In this document: positions 35,648 to 42,910 of the stretch, piece by piece
Layout: every line of letters starts with the position of its first letter
How positions within the stretch are numbered: position 1 is the first letter of the stretch
Source of the DNA: an uncultured bacterium
GTDB taxonomy: Bacteria; CAZDME01; JAYEMH01
Assembly (NCBI GenBank): GCA_964506075.1
Contig: CAZDKO010000004.1
Span: 134-64,133 of the forward strand
Length of the DNA stretch: 64,000 bases
Direction of reading: 5' to 3'
Notes under the pieces: generated by a model
Databases searched by the model: none
Seen by the model: the letters and a program-made list of their open reading frames with translations, nothing else
Told to the model about the DNA's origin: nothing
Program-made: the position numbers and the translations under genes

Positions 35648-36835
35648 TTAACCAGTCTTTATCCGCCACTTACACGGAATTTCGACAAAACCCTCGGCTT
35701 TTTTTTCGCTCTCTACCCAGATAACGTACTGATTATCCTGACGATGATATTGCTTCTGGTGATCCTCGGAATGTACCGCCAGAGAAAAAAAGTATTTGCC
35801 GTGAAAAAGAGGCATGGATTCAATTATTAAATCAATCGTCCCTTTTCCTTCAATAAAGGGTATGGCATATTTTTCTAAAATTGTATTCGTCCCGTAACAA
35901 AGAGTCCCTTCCCTGTCGGTAATACCAAACCCGAAACACGGATTATCAATTCTTTTCTTGGCATTAAAAGGTATCCGGACGATAATTTTATCGCCGACTA
36001 AAAAATGCTGATTTTCTTTACCCCGGACATCCAGAAATTTGACGTTGCCGATTTCAACCTCTCTGGTTCCCCATTCTTTAGCCAGCAAACCGGCCTGCTT
36101 CTGTAATCCCAGCTCCTTATATCTATCCACTACCTGTAAAGGTTCACCCATATCGATAAACTTACCTTCATCAATAAGCATTATCCGGTCGCAGACTTTC
36201 TTCAAAGTATCCAGGTCATGGGAAACTATCAGCATAGTTTTGTTTCTTTCCTGAAAATCAACAATTTTATTTAAACATTTTTTGCGGAAAGTTTCGTCTC
36301 CTACCGCCAGCACCTCGTCAATTAAAAGGATGTCCGGGTCTACCTCTACGGCTACGGAAAAACCAAGCCGAACATACATTCCGGAAGAATAATGTTTTAC
36401 CGGCATATCAATAAAATTTTCCAACTCTGAAAAAGCAACTATCTGGTTAAATTTTTTCTCAATTTCTTTCCGGTCTAACCCTAAAATCGAACCATTTAAG
36501 AAAATATTCTCTCTACCGGTTAAATCAGGATGAAATCCCGCGCCTAATTCTAAAAGACTTGAAACTCTTCCTTCTACTTTTATCTCCCCTTCAGTAGGAA
36601 GCATCGTTCTGGCAATTAAACCCAGTAAGGTACTTTTCCCGGCTCCGTTAGCTCCGATTATTCCTAAGGTTTCTCCTTTCCCTACGGAAAAACTTATATT
36701 TCTCAAAGCCCAGAATTCGGCTTTTTGCTTCTTTCTTCTTTTAAAAATATCAACCACCGTAGATTTAAGAGTCCGGTAAACTTCCCGGTGGGGATAAAAT
36801 CTTTTACCTAAATTTTTCACTTCAATGGGAATCAT
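35648..36835 (-). CDS. wzt: Polysaccharide ABC exporter ATP-binding protein with C-terminal carbohydrate-binding domain (Wzt/TagH type)
   Basis: 395 aa. Walker A GANGAGKST, signature YSSGMYVRLGFS, Walker B LLIDEVLAVGD. An extra ~150-aa beta-rich C-terminal domain resembles the Wzt_C layout. Confidence 0.85.
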   Translation of the reverse strand: MIPIEVKNLGKRFYPHREVYRTLKSTVVDIFKRRKKQKAEFWALRNISFSVGKGETLGIIGANGAGKSTLLGLIARTMLPTEGEIKVEGRVSSLLELGAGFHPDLTGRENIFLNGSILGLDRKEIEKKFNQIVAFSELENFIDMPVKHYSSGMYVRLGFSVAVEVDPDILLIDEVLAVGDETFRKKCLNKIVDFQERNKTMLIVSHDLDTLKKVCDRIMLIDEGKFIDMGEPLQVVDRYKELGLQKQAGLLAKEWGTREVEIGNVKFLDVRGKENQHFLVGDKIIVRIPFNAKKRIDNPCFGFGITDREGTLCYGTNTILEKYAIPFIEGKGTIDLIIESMPLFHGKYFFSLAVHSEDHQKQYHRQDNQYVIWVESEKKAEGFVEIPCKWRIKTG

Positions 36836-36851
36836 TTTAAATCCTTGGTAT

Positions 36852-36934
36852 TGGTTAACTGGTTAATTGGTAAATAGAAATCTAAAGTATAACCAATTGA
36901 TCGTTTAACCAATCACCAATTAACCAGTTAACCA
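36852..36934. repeat. Perfect 19-bp inverted repeat (TGGTTAACTGGTTAATTGG / CCAATTAACCAGTTAACCA) with 45-nt loop between wzm and wzt
   Basis: The arms at 36852-36870 and 36916-36934 are exact reverse complements, checked base by base. The right arm is identical to 16804-16822. Confidence 0.9.
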
Positions 36935-36935
36935 T

Positions 36936-37700
36936 CTAAAGCTCATCCGCGAAATAGTGTTCTAATTTAGAAAAAATTAAAAGTCCAAGAATCAAAATAA
37001 CCGCCGAAACCCCTAAAGAAATACTGAGCAGCTTCCAGCTGATTAAAGCCTGCCCGAGAAAGACAGTTCGGTATAAAGTCACCAGCGCCGCCATGGGATT
37101 CAAAAGATAAATTTTAAGCGCCCACTCCGGTACCATTTCTAAAGGATAAAGAACAGGAGTAAGGAAAAACCAGGCCAAAAGGGTTACACTTATAATATGT
37201 TCTGTATCCCGGAAATAGACGTTAGAACAGGAAATTAATAAAGACATCCCCAGGATAAATAAAACCTGAAAAATAATTACCAGCGGAAGAAAAATAAGGT
37301 TTATGGTAAAGTGGGTCTTGAAAATTACAAGAAGAGCAAAAAGAATAACCAGAGAGAGTAAAAAATTAATCAGATTAGCCAGAACCATAGAAAACGGGAG
37401 AATAAATCTGGGGAAATAAGTTTTCTTAACCAGATTGGTATTACCCGAGATTGAATTAACCGAATCACTCAGACACATTACAAAAAACTGCCAGGGCATA
37501 ATACCGGTTAAGAGCACCCTTATATCTATTTTCCATCTTAATATCCCGATAAATATAAGATAAATAACTGTCATAAACAGCGGATTTAAAAGCGTCCAGA
37601 GAAATCCTAAAGTTGAACCCTTATACCGGATTTTCAGGTTCCTTAAAACCAGATTCCAGATTAACTGGCGTCTCTTGATTATTTCACTAAATTCACTCAT
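36936..37700 (-). CDS. wzm: ABC-2 type polysaccharide exporter permease (Wzm/TagG type)
   Basis: 254 aa with 6 TM helices. Typical N-terminus LIWNLVLRNLKIRYKGSTLGFLWTLLNP. Adjacent to wzt. Confidence 0.85.
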   Translation of the reverse strand: MSEFSEIIKRRQLIWNLVLRNLKIRYKGSTLGFLWTLLNPLFMTVIYLIFIGILRWKIDIRVLLTGIMPWQFFVMCLSDSVNSISGNTNLVKKTYFPRFILPFSMVLANLINFLLSLVILFALLVIFKTHFTINLIFLPLVIIFQVLFILGMSLLISCSNVYFRDTEHIISVTLLAWFFLTPVLYPLEMVPEWALKIYLLNPMAALVTLYRTVFLGQALISWKLLSISLGVSAVILILGLLIFSKLEHYFADEL

Positions 37701-37720
37701 ATTTTGTCTCTCAAGATTTT

Positions 37721-37912
37721 ACCGCCTGCCCGCCACGCTTTTTGGCGGGCCTGCCTCGCCTTTTGGCGGGTGGTTTCTGCTTTCTATAATAGATATAGAC
37801 CCTATAATATAAAAGCGGGAGTTAAAAGTCAAGGGAAAAGCCTTTGTCGGTTAACCGGTCAAATTAGTTTACCGGTTGGCCAGTTAGCCGGTTATCCGGT
37901 TTGCCGGTTAAT
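37721..37912. repeat. Composite spacer: 48-nt GC-rich element (37725-37772) plus CCGGTT-word array (37848-37912)
   Basis: GCCCGCCA (37728-37735) pairs with TGGCGGGC (37743-37750). 43 of 48 nt match 48352-48399. The 22-mer at 37888-37909 matches 22370-22391. Confidence 0.9.
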
Positions 37913-37975
37913 CAAACAGAGTGGGAGGGTTTTACTGTTTAAACGCGGGGGCAAACTGAATAGAAATAATATGTT

Positions 37976-38506
37976 TTACCTTTGAAATTTACCTACCAGT
38001 TTAGTTTGTTCAATTATATGTTTTTCAATCGCTTTAAGAAGTTCACTCTTGGTTAAACCGGCTTTTAAATTAAGAACCGCATCCAAGGCATAAAGTTTAA
38101 AGAGATACCGATGAGGCGGGCCTGGCGGCGCACAAGGACCACCATAACCTGTTTCTCTAAAATCGGTTATTCCCTGTTTACTGCCGTCCGGTAAAATTTT
38201 TTGACTTTTTATCCCTTCTGAAAGATTACTGGTTTCTGCTGGGATATCATATATTATCCAATGCACCCAGTCTCCTCTCGGGGCATCCGGGTCATCACAG
38301 ATAAGAGCAAAACTTTCTGTTCCTTCCGGGACCCCGGACCAATTAAGCGGCGGTGAAATATTTTCTCCCCTACAGGTATATTTATCCGGGATAAAATCGT
38401 TATTTTCGAAAGCCGGGCTTTTTAATTCTAAAGCCATAATCTCACCTCCTTTAAACAATAATACCCATCCCACAACAATTAAGATTAAAAGATATTTTAA
38501 CCTCAT
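37976..38506 (-). CDS. YbhB/YbcL-family PEBP (Raf-kinase-inhibitor-like) protein, secreted or anchored
   Basis: DDPDAPRGDWVHW and GYGGPCAPPGPPHRYLFKLYALD motifs. ATG 38506 (MRLKYLLILIVVGW...) is preferred over the track's GTG at 38518. Confidence 0.85.
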   Translation of the reverse strand: MRLKYLLILIVVGWVLLFKGGEIMALELKSPAFENNDFIPDKYTCRGENISPPLNWSGVPEGTESFALICDDPDAPRGDWVHWIIYDIPAETSNLSEGIKSQKILPDGSKQGITDFRETGYGGPCAPPGPPHRYLFKLYALDAVLNLKAGLTKSELLKAIEKHIIEQTKLVGKFQR

Positions 38507-38518
38507 TATCTTCACCAC

Positions 38519-38619
38519 CTTCCAGTAGTTAGTAGACAGTAGTTAGTAGTCAGTAATTTTTAATCAGTTATCAGTTTTCAGAACTGGCCAACCGGCAAAC
38601 CGGAGAACCGGTTAACCGA
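38519..38619. repeat. Eight tandem heptamers (TAGTTAG TAGACAG TAGTTAG TAGTCAG TAATTTT TAATCAG TTATCAG TTTTCAG) plus inverted CCGGTT-word block
   Basis: Heptamer units at 38526-38581. GGCCAACCGGCAAACCGG (38586-38603) is the reverse complement of 22378-22395. Confidence 0.9.
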
Positions 38620-39285
38620 TTAACCAAACTTAGCCGTAAGGATTAAATCTCTGCCAATTTTTTCTATTTTTTCAAATTTTAAATTTAGACTTTTACTGAT
38701 GTCGGAAGTTCCCAGATTGCCAATTGCCTCTATACCCTTTCCCATAATTTTCGGAGAAATTATAACCACCATTCTATCGGCCAGTTTATTCTTGATAAAA
38801 GACGTGATAATTTTACTTCCGCCTTCAACCAGAACATTCTTTATTTTTAAACTTTTAAGGAAACTTAAAAGTTTATATAAATCTACCTCACCATCTTTAT
38901 CGACCGGCACAAAAACTATCTTGACACCTCGTTTTCTTAAAAGTTCGGCTCTTTTCTTTGAAGCCTTCCGGGTGGTGACAATTATTGTCCCCCCAGCCAT
39001 TTCGGAATTGATAATTTTTGCTTTTAAAGGAAGACGCAGTTGCGTATCAAGAATAATCCGGAGGGGTTGTTTTCCTTTGACCCGGCGGACGGTTAAAAGT
39101 GGATTGTCTTTTATGACCGTATTTATTCCTACCAGAATCGCTTGATGCCGGGCGCGTAATCGATGAGCGTACCGGCGGGCTGGTATTCCGCTAATCCACC
39201 GGGAATTTCCCTTTTGGTCAGCAATTTTTCCGTCTATCGTCTGAGCGTATTTAATGGTTATAAAAGGCCTGGTTCGTTTTATCAT
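38620..39285 (-). CDS. RibD C-terminal-domain reductase (stand-alone diaminohydroxyphosphoribosylaminopyrimidine reductase-like)
   Basis: 221 aa. ITIKYAQTIDGKIA, ILVGINTVIKDNPLLTVR, VLVEGGSKIITSF. No deaminase domain. Confidence 0.75.
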   Translation of the reverse strand: MIKRTRPFITIKYAQTIDGKIADQKGNSRWISGIPARRYAHRLRARHQAILVGINTVIKDNPLLTVRRVKGKQPLRIILDTQLRLPLKAKIINSEMAGGTIIVTTRKASKKRAELLRKRGVKIVFVPVDKDGEVDLYKLLSFLKSLKIKNVLVEGGSKIITSFIKNKLADRMVVIISPKIMGKGIEAIGNLGTSDISKSLNLKFEKIEKIGRDLILTAKFG

Positions 39286-39288
39286 CTT

Positions 39289-39600
39289 TTAGTAGTCAGT
39301 GGTTATCGGTTAACCGGTTAGCCGGTTTACCGGTTTAACTAAAATGCCTAATTCTAAAATGACTAATAAGAAAACAGAAACCAGAGTACAGAGAACAGAA
39401 AAAATTCTATTTTGGTCATTTGAGCATTTAGACATTTATTCGTCATTACCTGCCTGCCGCCCGCCTGTCACCTGCCTGTCGGCAGACAGGGAGTACAGTT
39501 TACAGAAAAAAATTATTTTAAAAGTTCTAATCTGTTCTCCGCACCCTATTTTTTTTACTTTGTTTTTTTCTGTTATCCGTAATCTGTTATCTGTTCTCTA
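39289..39600. repeat. 312-bp nested spacer: CCGGTT words, ACAGA/TCTGTT inverted heptamer arms, central GC-rich CCTG-word hairpin
   Basis: GAGAACAGA (39391-39399) is complementary to TCTGTTCTC at 39531-39539 and 39590-39598. CTGTTAT CCGTAAT CTGTTAT CTGTTCT spans 39570-39597. CCTGTC-GGCA-GACAGG spans 39475-39490. Confidence 0.85.
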
Positions 39601-39603
39601 AAT

Positions 39604-40293
39604 TTAATCAACAAATCTATATTTAATCAAGACCCATAAAGAAGAAAACCCATCACGCCAGGTAATCTTTTTCCCCTCGTGAAATTTCCTGCCCAGGTAA
39701 CTTATAGGCACCTCTTTAATGTGAACTCCTTTTTTAAGAATTTTTGCCGTTATTTCCGGTTCAATCTCAAACTGATTGGATTTCAGGTTCAAACTTTTAA
39801 GCAAAGAAGTTTGAACCATTTTATAGCAGGTTTCCATATCGGTAAGCCTGGAATGATATAAAGAATTGGTAATAAAGGAAAGAAAACGGTTCCCGCACCA
39901 GTGAAGAGCCGACATATTTAAAGTCCCGGTTAAGAATCTTGAACCGTATATGGCCCGGTCATTTTCTGTTTTTACTTCCGTAATAAGTTTAAGATATTCC
40001 CGGGGGTCGTATTCCAGGTCCCCGTCTTGAATAATTACATAATCTCCGGTGACATAATTTAAAGCTGTTCTGATAGCCGCTCCCTTGCCTTTATTTCTTT
40101 CGTGAAATATAACCTTAAAATTCTGTTTGTCCGCTGTTTGTTCTTTACTTTTCAAAATCTCTCTTGTTCCATCCGTAGAACAATCATCAATAACAATAAT
40201 CTCCTTTTCTATATCAAGAGAACCCACCTTTTCCAGGATTTTTCGGATGGTTGCTTTTTCGTTAAAAATGGGCATGATAACCGATAATTTCAA
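39604..40293 (-). CDS. Glycosyltransferase family 2 (DPM1-like polyprenol-phosphate sugar synthase candidate)
   Basis: 229 aa. LSVIMPIFNEKATI, IDDCSTDGT, QDGDLEYDP. The TTG start overlaps the upstream TGA. Confidence 0.75.
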   Translation of the reverse strand: MKLSVIMPIFNEKATIRKILEKVGSLDIEKEIIVIDDCSTDGTREILKSKEQTADKQNFKVIFHERNKGKGAAIRTALNYVTGDYVIIQDGDLEYDPREYLKLITEVKTENDRAIYGSRFLTGTLNMSALHWCGNRFLSFITNSLYHSRLTDMETCYKMVQTSLLKSLNLKSNQFEIEPEITAKILKKGVHIKEVPISYLGRKFHEGKKITWRDGFSSLWVLIKYRFVD

Positions 40294-42221
40294 AATGACT
40301 CCTTTCTTACCCGCGCCGGACTATTGACTACCTCAATAATATAGTCCCCGTTAAACTTTTCTTTTATTTTTAAAGACCCATCAAATTCAGAAAGCTGAGT
40401 TTTAATTCTTCCTGTTTGTTCTTCATCAATCATCTTAAAATGAACTATTACGTACTTAATCCCCAGAGCATTCAAAAGCTTTACCGAATCAACGTTCGGA
40501 AATTGCTGCAACACCTTATTCATCGGCCAGTAAGAAGGCGGGAAAAATCCGCTATAGCCGTTAACCAAATTTTTCCAGTGGTAGATTGACCAGTACATAT
40601 ACATACATTCATAATAAACCCTGGAGGCATCTACCGGCATCGGTAATTCTACAATTGAAAAATTTCCTTTTTGTTCAGCCAGCCAGCGGCAAAAATAGGG
40701 GGTCTCTATATTAACCTTGTCATAATTAATAGGAATGTAAATTGATTCACAGATTAATAAAGCTAAAAACAATCCCCCTGTTCCCCATTTTAATACGGTT
40801 TGTTTTTTTTGAAAAGAATTAAAAACCCTCTTAACTCCAAACCCGGCTAATACGCTTAAAGAAAAAATAACCAAGCATCCCCAGCGGGCCGGCACGCGCA
40901 GGCCCGCAAACCCGGGGATATGATTGTAAAGAAAAAGGTACGGTAGATTAATTAATTTCTGATTATCGCTGCCGAGTAAAGCCGGGCCTAAAGAAAAAAT
41001 GAAACTGAACAAAGCCAGCGTCAGATAAAGGTTACCCCGGTAAGACAGAGCTATAAATCTTTTCCTGTCCCGGCTATTCAACCAGCGCAGGATAACCAGA
41101 AAGACGCATATATAAACAGGATTCCTGAGAGAATGGATACTAACGTTAAATAAAGCCGTCTTGAAATCAAATCCTCCCCATTTTTGCAGGACAACTATTA
41201 ACAGGCAATTAAATAATATAAAAACATCCAGAATTTTGTTAAATTTTACCCTGAATTTTTTAATCTCCCCTTCTTCTTTTTTACCTTTTATTCTGAAAGT
41301 AGCCATAACGGCTAAAAGTAAGACCGTTATTCCGGGAAAGAGCTGCGCTTCTCCGGAGACGAACTTCTCGGTTAATTTTCCCAAAAGCCTGTTTCCGGTC
41401 GGGGTAGCCAGATAATTTGATGGCCGGGCCGAATATAGTTCTACTTCACTGAGGTTTCTCTTAAATTGCATTTCTTTTTTAAATTTGTAATAAGGATAAA
41501 AGAACGGAAAAAGAATTAATCCGGTTAATGCTCCGGCAGAGACTAACATCAAAAATTTCTTCCGGTTGATTTTTCTGTTTAGAATAAGAAAAATAAAACT
41601 GATTAATATAACCACACTCAGGAAAAAAGCGTAATAACTGCAAGAAAGAGCCTGAAATATGAAAAAAACCGCCAGAAGAATCAGGTCCAGGATTTTATTC
41701 TGCTCAATGAATCTATGAAAAAATAAAAAGGTAAAGGGAATCCATTGCATGGTTAAAACCTGCAGATGCCCCAGATGACCAAAACGGAAAGGACAAAAGG
41801 CAAAAATAAATCCGGATAAAAAGGCTCCGAATCTGTTCCCGGTCAAATGAAAAACCAGGCAATACATACCCAGGCCGGAAAGCACAAAGCTTAAGATAAA
41901 AAGAAAATTATAAATGAAAATCGGCTCTCTGGTGACGAGAAAAACCGGCAGGGCTATAACGGCCTGGGCAATAAGATGGTCTGAATAAGCCAGGGTATTG
42001 GTATCGGGATAAAAAATATTGGCGTCAAAAAAATTACTCGCCCCGGTCAGAAACTTATGGATATCCCAGTTCAATATCCAGACGTTTAAAAGAGGGTCTC
42101 CCAGGTTTTTAACGTAATGCTCCATCCCGGTAACTAAAGGATAAGTAGCCAGCAAAGAATAAACGATAAAAAATAAAATTACCAGAAAAGAGATAAGCAT
42201 TTTTTTCATTATTAACCTCAT
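40290..42221 (-). CDS. Polytopic membrane protein, GT-C-like (same family as 46025-47776)
   Basis: 643 aa. LLATYPL...LGDPLLNVWILNW follows TM1, then at least 10 TM helices and a C-terminal soluble ~150 aa. ATGA overlap with the upstream gene. Confidence 0.5.
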   Translation of the reverse strand: MRLIMKKMLISFLVILFFIVYSLLATYPLVTGMEHYVKNLGDPLLNVWILNWDIHKFLTGASNFFDANIFYPDTNTLAYSDHLIAQAVIALPVFLVTREPIFIYNFLFILSFVLSGLGMYCLVFHLTGNRFGAFLSGFIFAFCPFRFGHLGHLQVLTMQWIPFTFLFFHRFIEQNKILDLILLAVFFIFQALSCSYYAFFLSVVILISFIFLILNRKINRKKFLMLVSAGALTGLILFPFFYPYYKFKKEMQFKRNLSEVELYSARPSNYLATPTGNRLLGKLTEKFVSGEAQLFPGITVLLLAVMATFRIKGKKEEGEIKKFRVKFNKILDVFILFNCLLIVVLQKWGGFDFKTALFNVSIHSLRNPVYICVFLVILRWLNSRDRKRFIALSYRGNLYLTLALFSFIFSLGPALLGSDNQKLINLPYLFLYNHIPGFAGLRVPARWGCLVIFSLSVLAGFGVKRVFNSFQKKQTVLKWGTGGLFLALLICESIYIPINYDKVNIETPYFCRWLAEQKGNFSIVELPMPVDASRVYYECMYMYWSIYHWKNLVNGYSGFFPPSYWPMNKVLQQFPNVDSVKLLNALGIKYVIVHFKMIDEEQTGRIKTQLSEFDGSLKIKEKFNGDYIIEVVNSPARVRKESF

Positions 42222-42898
42222 ATATTAAAAATTAACGCGGGAAAATCCGGCTCCAAGATGATATGGTCAACCCAGAGAGGTGCGCTTCCGGTAAAAAAAA
42301 CTCTGTATTCCATATCCCCGGTATCTTTCTCCAGATAAAAATCCAAATAAAAAGGTTGATATTTATTAATTGAAATTAATTCATCCCCCCTGATTTTTCT
42401 TTGTTTAAGAACTGCTCTGCCACCCTGGCTGGCTACGTCTATCCTGGCGATGATTTCTTCTCTATCAAAAGCTGAACTTTTTAACCAGAAACAAATCCGG
42501 TATTTCCCCGCACTTAAAGTCTCGTACGGGCCAAAAACTAAATAAAAATTATCACCTTTATCAACCGGAGAGGCATATCTGGCTTTACCGTTACCGGCTT
42601 CGGGGTCATCTATAATGGTCTGGCCATCACCATTCATATCTTCAGCTTCATATTTTAATGAAAGCTCCGGAAAACCTGTCCGGGGATCCCGGCTGGCTTC
42701 AGTAAAACAATAAATCAGCTCTAATTTATCCTTCTTTATGCCCCGACTTGAAATCACCAGCGGACTACGGATAACGCGCTGAGATAAAATAATTTTATCC
42801 TTATCAGAAAGTAAAGGCAGGCAATAAAAGTTACTTACCGGACCAATCAAGCACAGAACGGCCAGTAAAAATATCAAGGCTGATAATTTTTTTAACAT
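42218..42898 (-). CDS. Secreted/anchored protein carrying one 'FGPY...G.Y' domain
   Basis: 226 aa. N-terminal hydrophobic signal, then DPEAGNGKARYAS...YLVFGPYETLSAGKYRICFWLKSS...MEYRVFFTGSAPLWVDHIILE. This region is homologous to both C-terminal repeats of 17767-20391. Confidence 0.55.
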   Translation of the reverse strand: MLKKLSALIFLLAVLCLIGPVSNFYCLPLLSDKDKIILSQRVIRSPLVISSRGIKKDKLELIYCFTEASRDPRTGFPELSLKYEAEDMNGDGQTIIDDPEAGNGKARYASPVDKGDNFYLVFGPYETLSAGKYRICFWLKSSAFDREEIIARIDVASQGGRAVLKQRKIRGDELISINKYQPFYLDFYLEKDTGDMEYRVFFTGSAPLWVDHIILEPDFPALIFNI

Positions 42899-42910
42899 GT
42901 TTTTACCCGT

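Noticed and set aside
37704-37985. 93-aa plus-strand ORF (MSLKILPPARHAFWRACLAFWRV...)
   Set aside because: It lies entirely within the repeat spacer. Its sequence is simply the translation of the GC-rich hairpin element and the CCGGTT word array. It has no RBS or domain signal and is on the opposite strand to all real genes.
39344-39601. 85-aa plus-strand ORF in the spacer upstream of the RibD-C gene
   Set aside because: It is the translation of heptamer/word repeats (ACAGA, CCTG, CTGTT arrays). The product is low-complexity with no supporting signal.
39286-39603. FMN (RFN) riboswitch upstream of the RibD-C reductase gene
   Set aside because: I read the minus strand of the whole spacer. It consists of word repeats and a CCTG-rich hairpin, and none of the conserved RFN core segments are present.
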